This document shows positions 1-10,484 of a DNA stretch of 39,997 nt, piece by piece (the stretch's first letter is position 1; the number at the start of each line of letters is the position of its first letter). This stretch comes from an uncultured Gammaproteobacteria bacterium. Lineage in GTDB: Bacteria; Patescibacteriota; Patescibacteriia; UBA1558; S5-K13. The stretch is taken from the NCBI GenBank assembly GCA_964636855.1, contig CAZWVD010000001.1, positions 1 to 39,997 on the forward strand, given 5' to 3'. The translations under genes were made by a program, and so were the position numbers. The notes below the pieces were generated by a model, which worked only from the letters and a program-made list of their open reading frames with translations, was not told the DNA's origin and made no database searches.

Positions 1-389
1 TTAGACTTACAAATAAAACAGGAGGTAACTCAGTTAAAGGAAATATCGTATCATTTTCGGGTGCAACTAACAATGCATTTATACTTTCTGTAAAAGACAT
101 ACCAGACCCAATTGGAGCAGTATATGAGGAAGGAATTGCTGATGGTGCAGAGTGCTGGGTAGTTATTTCAGGTATTGCAGACGTATACTTTACAGGAAAT
201 ACAACAAGGGGAATGTTAGCTAGAGGATATTTAACCGCAGATGGTGCTGGTTATGTAGCAGGTCGGGCATTAGCAGAAGTAGTACCAACGAGCCCATTTG
301 CATCGGATAAACATTTTTATGAAATTGGCCATGTGTTAGAGAGTAGAACGGGAGCGGGCTTAGCCAAAGTAGTATTACATTTCAATTAA
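1..389 (+). CDS. 3' end of a virion-module gene truncated by the window edge (...GIADGAECWVVISGIADVYF...LAKVVLHFN*)
   Basis: My own translation: the frame starting at nt 3 is open to TAA at 387-389. Absent from the ORF track because it has no start in the window. Confidence 0.6.
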   Translation, partial: RLTNKTGGNSVKGNIVSFSGATNNAFILSVKDIPDPIGAVYEEGIADGAECWVVISGIADVYFTGNTTRGMLARGYLTADGAGYVAGRALAEVVPTSPFASDKHFYEIGHVLESRTGAGLAKVVLHFN

Positions 390-393
390 CGAT

Positions 394-645
394 ATGTCTT
401 TTACTGATATAACATATACAACAACTGAATTTGAAGACTTAACAAACACGTTAACTAATATTGACGACGTTGAAATATTAACGATTGACAAATTGTCAGA
501 TAGTTCGTCAAATATTAGAGGAATTGAATTAGAAACAGAGGATTTAGAAATCTTAGAAACAGAAGATTTAGAAGTATTATATATAGAAGGTACATATCCA
601 ATGACGGATAGTATCTATACAATAACAGAATTTATTGACTTATGA
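394..645 (+). CDS. small acidic repeat protein (ELETEDLEILETEDLEVL)
   Basis: 83-aa ORF. Its stop overlaps the next start (ATGA). Same strand as the structural block. Confidence 0.5.
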   Translation: MSFTDITYTTTEFEDLTNTLTNIDDVEILTIDKLSDSSSNIRGIELETEDLEILETEDLEVLYIEGTYPMTDSIYTITEFIDL

Positions 646-1802
646 AAAGAATAACTGAACTTACAGCGATAACGGATAGTGCTAGTGTAGATATACTACC
701 AATAGTAGACGTATCTGATTTAACACAATCAACTGCAGGTTCTACTAGAAAAATAACGATAGCAAACGTAATGAAGTTTATTAATGATATGACGTCTACG
801 TTAACCAATAAAATATTAACAGACAATGTATTGGCTAGTTTCTATCAGGATGTATCAAAAACTAAAAAGATTACAGTACCTGCAGCTACTGATACATTAG
901 TTGGAAAAACTACTACCGATGTATTCAGTAATAAGACAATAGATACCGCAAGTAGCAATGTGATTAAAGTTAATGGGAATACATTAGCGGCCACAGCAGG
1001 TACAGCAACATTAACATTTCCGAACTCTACAGATACACTCGTAGGTAGGAACACTACAGATACATTGACTAATAAAACAATGTCCAGCCCCTTATATACT
1101 GGGGCTATATCAGGCTGGATTGCTTCGGGAGAAACTTGGACATATGCGTCAGCAGATTCTCCAACATTTACATTCACAGTTGCTGCAGATGTAACAACTA
1201 AATATTGTCCTGGAATGAGAATTAAACTCACTCAGACTACAGATAAATATTTTATAATAACGGCAGTATCATCATATAGTGGTGGTAATACAACTATAAC
1301 AATTTATGGTGGAACTGACTATACATTAACGAGTGCTACTATAACAAACCCGTATTATTCCATAGCGAAAGCTCCGTTTGGGTTTCCATTATCAAAAACT
1401 AAATGGACGGTATCTTATTCCGGTACGGCTGGAAATCAAGGCTCTCCAGTAGGAGGTACTTGGTATAACGTAGCAACCAATAAGATAACTATTCCTATAG
1501 GAGATTGGAATTTATACTATAACACAAGAATAGCCGCAACTGGGCCTGGTACAGGGTATTTAGAATGTTTTGCAACCCTTTCAACTGCAAATAACTCGGA
1601 GAGTGATTCTGCTATGACTACTACCATAAATCTATCTGCAGGGCCTACTCAATTTGGATATGTTTCGGTTAGTGCAATGAAAGAATATGCGGTAGCAAGT
1701 AAGACAGATTACTATCTAAATTTAAAGACAACAGTTGCAGGAACGACCACAATATATGTAGCAACGCCAGTATTAATTAAGGCAGTGTGTAATTATTTAT
1801 AA
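642..1802 (+). CDS. tail fibre-like protein
   Basis: N-terminus ELTAITDSASVDILPIVDVSDLTQSTAGSTRKITIANV is typical of phage fibre N-termini. Repeated T-D-T-L-V-G-K/R..T.D...NKT units. T/S/G-rich. Confidence 0.65.
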   Translation: MKRITELTAITDSASVDILPIVDVSDLTQSTAGSTRKITIANVMKFINDMTSTLTNKILTDNVLASFYQDVSKTKKITVPAATDTLVGKTTTDVFSNKTIDTASSNVIKVNGNTLAATAGTATLTFPNSTDTLVGRNTTDTLTNKTMSSPLYTGAISGWIASGETWTYASADSPTFTFTVAADVTTKYCPGMRIKLTQTTDKYFIITAVSSYSGGNTTITIYGGTDYTLTSATITNPYYSIAKAPFGFPLSKTKWTVSYSGTAGNQGSPVGGTWYNVATNKITIPIGDWNLYYNTRIAATGPGTGYLECFATLSTANNSESDSAMTTTINLSAGPTQFGYVSVSAMKEYAVASKTDYYLNLKTTVAGTTTIYVATPVLIKAVCNYL

Positions 1803-1827
1803 TATTTATTAGATTTGTTTGACATAA

Positions 1828-3333
1828 ATGGCAAGTAGTATATTTAGAAGATACGATTTAACTGGAACAATGAATCAGTCTGTGAATCCGTTTTTGGTTC
1901 AAGACAAGGATTTTACATATCTATTAAACGTAAATCAAGACGAATTCGGAACAATACAAAAAGACGGTGGCTATTCAAAATATGGAAGTACAGAAGTTGG
2001 TGCGGGGTATATAGAAGGTGGAATAGATTATGTTACTACTGCCGGTGTCCATACTCCGGTAAGAATATGCAACGGAAGTCTACAATCGGCAAGTGGAACT
2101 ACTTGGTCAGATATAGACGCAGGAGAATTTACAGCGGGTAAAACTCCAAGTTTCGCTAATTTCTTAGATAGAGTATATATAGCTACTGACGATAAAAATG
2201 TAAGATATTCAAGTGGAGGTGCTTGTACAACGATAGATGCAGATAATGGTGGTGCAAATGTAAGGGGAAAATACCTAGCATTAAATGAGCAAGTTTTATA
2301 CCTTGCCAACTTAACAACGGTATATTCTGGTAACGAAATAGTATACTCAAAGGTTGGAACTCATCAGTTTTATAATGACGGTGAAACATATGCAACTACC
2401 AGAAGAAAAATAAGAATAGACGGAGAAATAACTGGAATAAGAATATTCCAAGGACTTGTTATGATATTTACAAACGAGGCGTTATGGTATCATAATCCAT
2501 CGACTTTAGAGACTAAGGTATTCTATAATCACGGTACTACAAGTAACGATTCAATCAGAGAAATTTACGGTAATTTAATATGGGCTGATAGAGATGGCAT
2601 TCATATGTTTACAGGGAGTGGAAATCCAGAAAATATTTCTAGAACCATCAATAATCCAACAATACCTTCTGTTTGGTCTTCTATTAATGGCGTTAATTGG
2701 ACTCAACTCAAATCGGAAGTAGTAGGCGATAAATATTATTTATACATAGGAGATTTAACACAAGCCCTGCCAGGCGATTCAGTAGCATTGAACGATATAG
2801 TAATAGTATACGACAACGCAAAGCAATCATTTACAATTCTCGATGAGTACCCTGTATCCTGCATGTTTAAGATTATAACTTCTGGAGGGGATCAGAAACT
2901 TTTATTCGGAAGTAAAGATACTAGAACTACATATGTTAAAGACTTTTCATATACTCACGATACATCTGCGTTTAATTCAATAATAAGAACAAAATATTAT
3001 GACATGGGAACTCCAGAGTTTGGCAAGATGTTTGGGAGAATGTATGTTACTTATAGACCACAGAATCAGACTGGAAAATATTTAACCCTAAAGGTGGCAC
3101 TAGACGGAAGTAATTCATACATAGCCAAGGTTGGCAGCGCTACAGACACTAGAATGGAACTTAGTGGACTTACTACAATATCTCACGTATTTAAAAGGGT
3201 TTCTACGGGAAGTACAAATGCTAAATCTATATCATACGAATTTAGTCAAGCAGACGCAGGAGTAAACTATGCGTTGCTTGGAATAGCACAGGAGTTTACA
3301 GAGGGAAGATTTACTTCTAATGTTAGTGTATAA
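1828..3333 (+). CDS. hypothetical tail/virion protein (501 aa)
   Basis: Long ORF in the structural block. No motif recognised. Confidence 0.7.
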   Translation: MASSIFRRYDLTGTMNQSVNPFLVQDKDFTYLLNVNQDEFGTIQKDGGYSKYGSTEVGAGYIEGGIDYVTTAGVHTPVRICNGSLQSASGTTWSDIDAGEFTAGKTPSFANFLDRVYIATDDKNVRYSSGGACTTIDADNGGANVRGKYLALNEQVLYLANLTTVYSGNEIVYSKVGTHQFYNDGETYATTRRKIRIDGEITGIRIFQGLVMIFTNEALWYHNPSTLETKVFYNHGTTSNDSIREIYGNLIWADRDGIHMFTGSGNPENISRTINNPTIPSVWSSINGVNWTQLKSEVVGDKYYLYIGDLTQALPGDSVALNDIVIVYDNAKQSFTILDEYPVSCMFKIITSGGDQKLLFGSKDTRTTYVKDFSYTHDTSAFNSIIRTKYYDMGTPEFGKMFGRMYVTYRPQNQTGKYLTLKVALDGSNSYIAKVGSATDTRMELSGLTTISHVFKRVSTGSTNAKSISYEFSQADAGVNYALLGIAQEFTEGRFTSNVSV

Positions 3334-3548
3334 TGAATAACGGAATATTTAATGAAAAAGGTGAAAAGGTAGCAACTATAAACCAAGGGGTATGGCAAGG
3401 ATTTAATCCATTTACGCTTAAAATGCCAAGTATGCTTCCTTCTCCAGTTGGATTAATGGACAGGGTTGGTTCGTCAACTTACGTTCAAAGGATAGTAATT
3501 AGAGACGAACAGGATGCTAGGGTAATAATTGGAAACTTAAATATATGA
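3333..3548 (+). CDS. hypothetical protein (71 aa)
   Basis: Start overlaps the upstream stop (TAATG) and its end overlaps the next start, i.e. translational coupling. Confidence 0.55.
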   Translation: MNNGIFNEKGEKVATINQGVWQGFNPFTLKMPSMLPSPVGLMDRVGSSTYVQRIVIRDEQDARVIIGNLNI

Positions 3549-3919
3549 CAACGAGTGGAATAGAAGTATCCAGAAAAGGAAAGAGTGCGTTCTATTGTCC
3601 AGAAAAACAACTGGCGTTTACTTCTGAGAGAGAGAATATAAGGGTAGCTATTAACGATACATTTACAACTGATGTAGACGGATATTTCACAATTAATCAC
3701 AACTTAGGATATGTTCCACAGGTGATAATATTTGCGGAAAATACAGACCCTGCATGGGGAAAGGCGACGAAGCTTCCGGTAGACTGGAACAATAGAACAG
3801 AGTACGGTTTTTCGGCGTCGTATTCAGTAGACAATTACGATTTAATTTTACAAGTAAATTTTGTAGCACCAGTAAGTAGTGTTACTTTTAATTATTTTTT
3901 GTTAGTCAATGAGCAGTAG
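3545..3919 (+). CDS. hypothetical virion protein with H-x-L-G-Y-x-P domain
   Basis: 124 aa. Motif FTINHNLGYVPQVIIF is shared with the next gene. Confidence 0.65.
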   Translation: MTTSGIEVSRKGKSAFYCPEKQLAFTSERENIRVAINDTFTTDVDGYFTINHNLGYVPQVIIFAENTDPAWGKATKLPVDWNNRTEYGFSASYSVDNYDLILQVNFVAPVSSVTFNYFLLVNEQ

Positions 3920-4715
3920 CTATGGAATATCAGTCTCGCAAATCGGAGACGTTATGAATGCAACACAACAGAATACAACACTTGACTCAATTAAAAAGAG
4001 TTTAAAGTACGTTAAAAATGTAAAGATTACGGTACTTGCAAATACTTGGACATCATTCTCGCATGGATTAAATTGGACCCCTATGTGTTGGGCTTGGACA
4101 GAAGATAACGATGGCTGGTATATGAAAGGAAGTACGGCCCTGTTCTATCCAGCAAGCACATCTACCGGTACTCCAATATCGGTGTTGTGTTATTCAACAA
4201 GTAGTGCTATATTTGTTAAATGCGATAAGGCTGGGGATATTTACGTAGAATATTTATACGATAGAGGACTTAACGATACAGGAGAAAAGGTTACATCAAA
4301 TGAATTTGGAATATCTATAACTGGGGAAGGAACTGATGCATTTTGGGGAAGTGAATATTTAAACACTTATCTTTCTGCATCTACGGCTTACAAAATAGCT
4401 TCAAGAGGATCTGAAACTATTTCTTGGGCCGTTGATGAGAACGGATGGAAATACATAGATATACCCCACGGACTTGGATACAAGCCAAAGGCAATTGTAT
4501 TTGAATCCGGAACAGGAACAGAAATACCAAACCATGTTTCTGTCGGGTATTCTGGAAATGAAATAGGAATGTGGTATGTTAATGATACATACCTTAGAAT
4601 AGTTGGATATAGAGACATGTCTCCGGATCCGATAGATGGAGTAATACCAAGTGGGGTAATAGCAGTAGACTATACAATATTTTTAGATGAAATCACCGAT
4701 ACTGATTTTATATAA
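3909..4715 (+). CDS. hypothetical virion protein with two copies of the H-x-L-x-x-x-P domain
   Basis: 268 aa. SFSHGLNWTPMCWAW and IDIPHGLGYKPKAIVF are paralogous to the 3545-3919 product. Confidence 0.7.
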   Translation: MSSSYGISVSQIGDVMNATQQNTTLDSIKKSLKYVKNVKITVLANTWTSFSHGLNWTPMCWAWTEDNDGWYMKGSTALFYPASTSTGTPISVLCYSTSSAIFVKCDKAGDIYVEYLYDRGLNDTGEKVTSNEFGISITGEGTDAFWGSEYLNTYLSASTAYKIASRGSETISWAVDENGWKYIDIPHGLGYKPKAIVFESGTGTEIPNHVSVGYSGNEIGMWYVNDTYLRIVGYRDMSPDPIDGVIPSGVIAVDYTIFLDEITDTDFI

Positions 4716-4725
4716 TTAAAATAGA

Positions 4726-5469
4726 ATGACATTAGAAACAATTAGAGACGACCTTGGTTCTATAATAAACCAAGTAACTGATAGCACCGGAGAATTTGTA
4801 TCGGCGGAAATCTCAACAGCAGAAGCAACAAGATGGATAAATGAAGCATATGAAAGTGCCTACATGCAATATGCTTTTCATAATAAAGACAGATTTACAA
4901 AAGAAACCAAAGGAGACGTTGTAGACGGACAGAAGGTATACACCTTTGCAGATGGTAGTGGAAATTCTCTTGGTATCCTAGGAATATTATGGTTGGGATT
5001 AAAGATTAATTCTACGGATACAGAATATACAAGGGCTACCCCAAGAGATTATCCAGATTTATACCTACAAGGCGGAGAGTCATTTCCAGAAAAGAACCCA
5101 GTGTATTTTAGAACTTCGGCAGTAGTAAGCGGAACTTTATACGACGGATTTGAATTAGCAGAGCCAATATCTGAAGATATAACAGATGGTATATACATGA
5201 GGTATATAAAGAGACCAACATTATTATCTGCGGACGCAGACATTCCACAATACATACCAACAGAAATGCATCAATTTCTAAGTTTAGGAGCTGCAGTTAA
5301 GGCATATCTAAAACTTGGAGATACAGAAACAGCTGACAAGATGGATTCTATGTTTAACGGAAAGATACAAGGATATTTTGCAAGAGACGAAATGGTAAAA
5401 AGTGATAGGCCTAGACGTATTAGATTGGCTAGAGACTTTGTTAATAAATTTTATTTACGTAGAGCATAA
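4726..5469 (+). CDS. hypothetical virion protein (247 aa)
   Basis: ORF in the structural block. Stop overlaps the next start (TAATG). Confidence 0.7.
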   Translation: MTLETIRDDLGSIINQVTDSTGEFVSAEISTAEATRWINEAYESAYMQYAFHNKDRFTKETKGDVVDGQKVYTFADGSGNSLGILGILWLGLKINSTDTEYTRATPRDYPDLYLQGGESFPEKNPVYFRTSAVVSGTLYDGFELAEPISEDITDGIYMRYIKRPTLLSADADIPQYIPTEMHQFLSLGAAVKAYLKLGDTETADKMDSMFNGKIQGYFARDEMVKSDRPRRIRLARDFVNKFYLRRA

Positions 5470-6188
5470 TGAGTACATATACAGTCCAAGGAGGAGACTC
5501 ACTATCCGCCATAGCAAGAAAACTAGGGTTATCTAGTTGGCAAGAATTATACAATGCAAACAGAGAAATAATAGGTTCTAATGCTAATTATATAAGGCCG
5601 GGTCAAACATTGACCATACCGGGAACTCAGACAAATTATTCTGTTACAAATAACGATCCTGCACAACAAATAGCATCTGGTATAACGGCTAATATAAAGA
5701 CTCCTGAAAAGAATTTTAGCGAATTATATCCTAGTTCTTCGCTATTCCCAGTTCAGTCAATGCAACAATTTGCAGAGTCACAGGTTAACCCAGAATATCT
5801 GAGGGAAGCTCAAGCCAAGACTTCTGCATATGATACCGGAGCGAATATAAGTGGTGCATATAGAACTGGAGAATCTGCATTACAAAGGCAAAGCTTGTTA
5901 GACTCAATAGAAAGGGCTAGAAAGGCAGAGGCTACTGGATATGTAACAACTCAATCTGATTTATTCAATGATTGGTACAACAGAGAAATGTTAAGTTATA
6001 GTACAGATCCAAGTAAGTATGTAATGACTGGATACGAAAATCAACCTTGGTATACAGACGTAAAAGCCGCAACATCAACTCCTGCTAATTATACGTATAC
6101 TCCATTAGATATTTCAAAGATGTTCGGATATGGAATTTATGATACTGGTCAGATGAATAATCCGTACAGTGCGATAACTAAAATTTAA
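5469..6188 (+). CDS. LysM domain-containing protein
   Basis: N-terminal YTVQGGDSLSAIARKLGLSSWQELYNANREIIGSNANYIRPGQTLTIPG matches the LysM peptidoglycan-binding consensus. Confidence 0.75.
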   Translation: MSTYTVQGGDSLSAIARKLGLSSWQELYNANREIIGSNANYIRPGQTLTIPGTQTNYSVTNNDPAQQIASGITANIKTPEKNFSELYPSSSLFPVQSMQQFAESQVNPEYLREAQAKTSAYDTGANISGAYRTGESALQRQSLLDSIERARKAEATGYVTTQSDLFNDWYNREMLSYSTDPSKYVMTGYENQPWYTDVKAATSTPANYTYTPLDISKMFGYGIYDTGQMNNPYSAITKI

Positions 6189-6198
6189 TTAAAATGAA

Positions 6199-6900
6199 AT
6201 GACACCAGAAGAGACACTGAAAGCTTACGAATCATCGGCACCAACAGCAGAGCAGACAATCAGAAGTGCTATAACCGCAGCATATAAGAATCTAGAACCT
6301 GAATTAAGACAGATTAGAACTTATGAAAATCAGCAATTACCAGAGTTCTATAATACATTTACTAGCGGATATGGACTCGGAACATCGGCATCAGATCTTA
6401 GTCCAGCACAGAAACTTGCATTAGCAGCTTCTAAAGTTGCACAACAATCTACAAATGCACAAACTGCAAGAGACATACTTGGAGTTAGAAAAGCTAGTTT
6501 AGAAGACTTGGTTACACAAGGTAACGAATCTTTTAAGACAGGATATGGCGCGGCACAAAACGCATGGGATAGATACTTTAAAGAAAAGCAATTAGCAGAA
6601 CAACAAAGGCAATTTAATGCGTCTCAGGCATCATCTGCTTCCGGAATTAATTGGGAAACTACAAGTATAGATAAGATTATGGAAGCATATAATAAATATC
6701 TAGCTGATAAAAAAGCAAAAGAAAATGCCGTTGTAACAGGAAGTACCCCAGGACCTTGGTCTACTGGATACGTAAGTTATCCAACACCAACCCCTGCATT
6801 ATCTACTACATCTAAATCAGCTGCTAATCAGTATATTTCTAGTATAGCACCAAAGACTACTAATGTGTCAAATTTCATTAAAAGTAGTTACGGATTTTAA
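6199..6900 (+). CDS. hypothetical A/Q/S/T-rich virion protein
   Basis: 233-aa low-complexity ORF in the structural block. Confidence 0.6.
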   Translation: MTPEETLKAYESSAPTAEQTIRSAITAAYKNLEPELRQIRTYENQQLPEFYNTFTSGYGLGTSASDLSPAQKLALAASKVAQQSTNAQTARDILGVRKASLEDLVTQGNESFKTGYGAAQNAWDRYFKEKQLAEQQRQFNASQASSASGINWETTSIDKIMEAYNKYLADKKAKENAVVTGSTPGPWSTGYVSYPTPTPALSTTSKSAANQYISSIAPKTTNVSNFIKSSYGF

Positions 6901-6917
6901 TTTATAATATAAAGTAT

Positions 6918-7487
6918 ATGAACGAAGAAGTAATGGCATGGTTAAATTCACCAGAATCACAGCCATATCTACAACAAGTAGGAATATCGCAAAAACCAAC
7001 TGTAACTGGGTACGAATCTGATCCATACGTAATGGTATTGAATAAGCTTATATCTGGAAATAGTCAAAATCCTACGTTTCAGAAATCGTTAATAGGAGAA
7101 TATTTAAACTATATTAACCCCTATAATAGCGATGCAATGAATACCGCATCTGCGCAAGAAGAGTTGTTAACTAAAAAGAAAGAATCCGATATTAATGCAG
7201 CATTTGATATGATAGATGTAGGAACTAGCACTGGAGACGCAGAAATGGTAGCAACTGGAAAATCAATATTAAATCAAGCATATGGTGGATATAATATTCC
7301 AACTCCTACACAACAAACTACAACTCCAGTTACATCTAGTGCTCAGACAACATCCGGATATTCTTCAGTCCCAAGCGTGTTTGATGTTATAGGAGATGTA
7401 GCATCTGGTAGAAAAGGATTAATACAAGCACCGTTAGAAGCAACCGGAAGAAGCTTAGCATCGTTAGGAAGTCTTATTTGGAAATAA
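6918..7487 (+). CDS. hypothetical virion protein
   Basis: 189-aa ORF in the structural block. Confidence 0.6.
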   Translation: MNEEVMAWLNSPESQPYLQQVGISQKPTVTGYESDPYVMVLNKLISGNSQNPTFQKSLIGEYLNYINPYNSDAMNTASAQEELLTKKKESDINAAFDMIDVGTSTGDAEMVATGKSILNQAYGGYNIPTPTQQTTTPVTSSAQTTSGYSSVPSVFDVIGDVASGRKGLIQAPLEATGRSLASLGSLIWK

Positions 7488-7503
7488 TATTATTATAAAA
7501 TAA

Positions 7504-10467
7504 ATGGCTTTAGGTAGTAGTAGAAGAAGTAAAAATAGAAATACGTCTGCAACTTCACAGAAAGAACTTCTTTCTCAAATACAACAAAATATAAATACTG
7601 AGCCACAGGCTAATTTCTTAGAGAGATTGTTAGCCCCCTTAATGGCAATAGGAAGTGTACCAGATGTAATATATAGGTCTAATTACGAAGGTGCAAATCC
7701 TGCTTTGGCGTATCTGGAAAACCTTGCCCAGGCTGGAAAGACTACTTTTATGGGAGAGAAGGACAAGACTCCGTTAAAACAAACCTCTGATATATTAGAA
7801 AAATCTGGAGTGATATCAGGATCAGATACTGGATCTAGAATAGCTAGAGGAGCACTTGGGTTTGCAGGAGACGTACTATTGGATCCTACTACATATTTAT
7901 CATTCGGAGCTGGGGGAGTTGCAAAACAGACCGCACAAAAAGCAGGTGCAAAAGGTGCACAGGTATTGGCAGAACAGACAGCTAAAAACATCGGAAAATC
8001 GGCAGCTGAAAAGTTAGCTACAGAATCAGCAGAAAAAGCTGCGGGAACGGTAGCAAAGTTTGGAATAGGTAAGTTATCTGCAGAGATAACAAATCCTACT
8101 GCCGTAAAGGCATTGCAAATAGCAACTAATCCATTATGGGAAGGTACTAAGGCAGTTACTGGATTAGGAATGAAAGGGCTAGATAAAGCAGCACCAGAAT
8201 TATCTACTGCAATAAAGGAGACTGCGGCTAAAGTATTTAAGCCTCAGAAATACGCAGAAATGAAAGGTATGGGTAATTTCTATGATACCATACAGAATTA
8301 TGTTAATAAACAGAACGCAGTTCCACAGACTGTAATGGCAGAATCTGGAGCTATAATAAAGAAGATAAAATCATTACCAGAAGAACTTCAGGCCAATATA
8401 GGTAAATACATAGAGAATCCGTCGAGTATACCAGAAGAAAGTGCGTCTATTATAAAGCCAGTATTACAAGAGATAACAAATATTAACGCTCCACTAACTA
8501 AAACCCTTGTAGACAACAAGTTATTAGACGGTGCGATAGAAAATTATTTCCCTAGAAGCGTAATGGGATTTGATAAGAATTTTATTGATGAAAAATTTAA
8601 GAATGCCACAAGTATCACTAGCGACCCGCTAGTTTCTAAGGAATTAGAAAAGAATGGATATGTAAGTACAAAGACATTATCAGAAGTATTAAACGGAAGA
8701 CCAATGATTAAAGGTCGTCAAACTGCGTTTAAGGTTTCGGATAATCTCCTTGAGGGTTCAGACATGGCTAGGGTATTTGACACGTTATCAGAAGGAGAGG
8801 CAAAGGGAGTTGTTTATGATAAAAACGCTGCTAGGCTATTTGGATTAGGACAAGTAAGAGGAAAAGCGGCTGTGCAAAGACTTGATTTTGCAAGAGGATT
8901 ACAAGACGTAACTGACGACTCAGGAAATAGACTGTTTTTAAACAGTAAAGAAGCGATGGAATCTTTCGGCAAAGGAAAAATTCCACAGAACATGGAGAAG
9001 CTAAAGATTGATGGCGTGGGTACATACTACGCCCCAAGGGAGGCGGTGTCATTACTAAAGAATTATACAAAAGACTTCTTTGGAGATGAAGGTATGAACC
9101 AGTTGGTTAAGTTATACGATATCGGACTCGGAAGCTTTAAGAAATTTGTAACTGGTCAAGGCCCTGCGTTTGTCGGATACAATGTAAGAAATGCAATCGG
9201 AGACATGACCAATATGTATCTAAATGGATTCAGGAATCCTAAAAATCTTGAAAAGGGATTTAATGTGATGAAGTTTAGTAGGATGGCTACAACAGATGGT
9301 ATAGAAGAAGCCACTAAAAAATACGGAACAGATATAGCAAATCTTTATAAGGAGGCATTAAATAGGGGTGTATTAACATCTGGTACTCAATTAGAAGACG
9401 CTACTGGAAAAGCATCTGACGCAGTATCAAAACTCATAGGACAAACAACATTAAAAGAAAAAGCTGGTAATATAATAAAAACCATAACTAATCCTGCTAA
9501 TATATTCTCAGACAGAGAAACTGGAATGAAAGTAGCTATGATGGCAGATAGTTTTGAAAGAAATGGAAACTGGGCTCAAGCAGCAAAAGATGCATTTGTT
9601 AGCAACTTCGATTATAACAATCTTTCTGCGGTAGAGAAGAATGTATTTAAAAGAATCGTTCCTTTCTATTCATTTATGAGAAAAAATCTAGAGTTTCAAC
9701 TAGAAAATATTGCAAAGAATCCTAGTAAATATACTTCTCTTATGCATTTGCAGAATAACATAAAGAGTAGCATTGGTGCCGATATGTCACAAGAAGATTG
9801 GGACGCATTACCTTCATGGATGAAAGAAGGAATATCAATACCTATATCTAAAGACGGACAAGACGTTAGCGTTATAACTGGGTTTGGATTACCAACTGAG
9901 TCTATTAATAATGTAATAGGTGGAAACGAAGGACTTTTAAAAGGAACACTTAATAATGTATTAAGCTCAATGAGTCCTGCATTAAAGGTTCCAATAGAGG
10001 TAGGTACAGGAACCAGTCTTTTTACTGGTAAGCCAATATCTGAAAACAGGTCTGGAAATTCCTATGAAAATGCTCCAGAATTTATAAAACAATTATTAGG
10101 ATATACATCGTATGATAAGATTAATAAGCAAACTGGTGAAAAGTATAAGAGGCAAACGGTCAATCCATATATGGCTTATGCTCTTAGCAATTTACCTTTT
10201 GTTAGTTCTTTTAACACACAGGCTAAGAGAATTGGCGAACTAAGTCAAGGCCCAAAGGTAGGAAATATTCCATTAAATATATTAAATCTTACTAGTGGAG
10301 GAAGAGTATACACAAAGAATGTTCAGGAAGAAAAAGCAAATAGGCAAGTAGAAGCTCAAAAGAGATTAGAAGAATACTTATTACAACAAGGACTCGGAGA
10401 AACATATAAGAGTTTCTATATACCGAACGAATTAAGGCAGAAAGTATTAGAAACATATACTAAATAA
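7504..10467 (+). CDS. large virion protein (987 aa), possibly an internal/ejection or tail protein
   Basis: Largest ORF in the window. Ala/Lys-rich N-terminal third. The role is inferred from position in the structural block only. Confidence 0.7.
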   Translation: MALGSSRRSKNRNTSATSQKELLSQIQQNINTEPQANFLERLLAPLMAIGSVPDVIYRSNYEGANPALAYLENLAQAGKTTFMGEKDKTPLKQTSDILEKSGVISGSDTGSRIARGALGFAGDVLLDPTTYLSFGAGGVAKQTAQKAGAKGAQVLAEQTAKNIGKSAAEKLATESAEKAAGTVAKFGIGKLSAEITNPTAVKALQIATNPLWEGTKAVTGLGMKGLDKAAPELSTAIKETAAKVFKPQKYAEMKGMGNFYDTIQNYVNKQNAVPQTVMAESGAIIKKIKSLPEELQANIGKYIENPSSIPEESASIIKPVLQEITNINAPLTKTLVDNKLLDGAIENYFPRSVMGFDKNFIDEKFKNATSITSDPLVSKELEKNGYVSTKTLSEVLNGRPMIKGRQTAFKVSDNLLEGSDMARVFDTLSEGEAKGVVYDKNAARLFGLGQVRGKAAVQRLDFARGLQDVTDDSGNRLFLNSKEAMESFGKGKIPQNMEKLKIDGVGTYYAPREAVSLLKNYTKDFFGDEGMNQLVKLYDIGLGSFKKFVTGQGPAFVGYNVRNAIGDMTNMYLNGFRNPKNLEKGFNVMKFSRMATTDGIEEATKKYGTDIANLYKEALNRGVLTSGTQLEDATGKASDAVSKLIGQTTLKEKAGNIIKTITNPANIFSDRETGMKVAMMADSFERNGNWAQAAKDAFVSNFDYNNLSAVEKNVFKRIVPFYSFMRKNLEFQLENIAKNPSKYTSLMHLQNNIKSSIGADMSQEDWDALPSWMKEGISIPISKDGQDVSVITGFGLPTESINNVIGGNEGLLKGTLNNVLSSMSPALKVPIEVGTGTSLFTGKPISENRSGNSYENAPEFIKQLLGYTSYDKINKQTGEKYKRQTVNPYMAYALSNLPFVSSFNTQAKRIGELSQGPKVGNIPLNILNLTSGGRVYTKNVQEEKANRQVEAQKRLEEYLLQQGLGETYKSFYIPNELRQKVLETYTK

Positions 10468-10484
10468 TTTATTATTAATATAAC

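Noticed and set aside
632-1231. Minus-strand ORFs 632-826 and 845-1231 inside the tail fibre gene region
   Set aside because: They are antisense shadows of a long, motif-bearing + strand gene, with low-complexity translations.
2028-2395. Minus-strand ORFs 2028-2309 and 2183-2395
   Set aside because: Both lie entirely within the 501-aa + strand gene, overlap each other, and are typical shadow ORFs.
7683-9070. Minus-strand ORFs 7683-7991 and 8831-9070
   Set aside because: They are antisense to the 987-aa virion gene, with no independent support.
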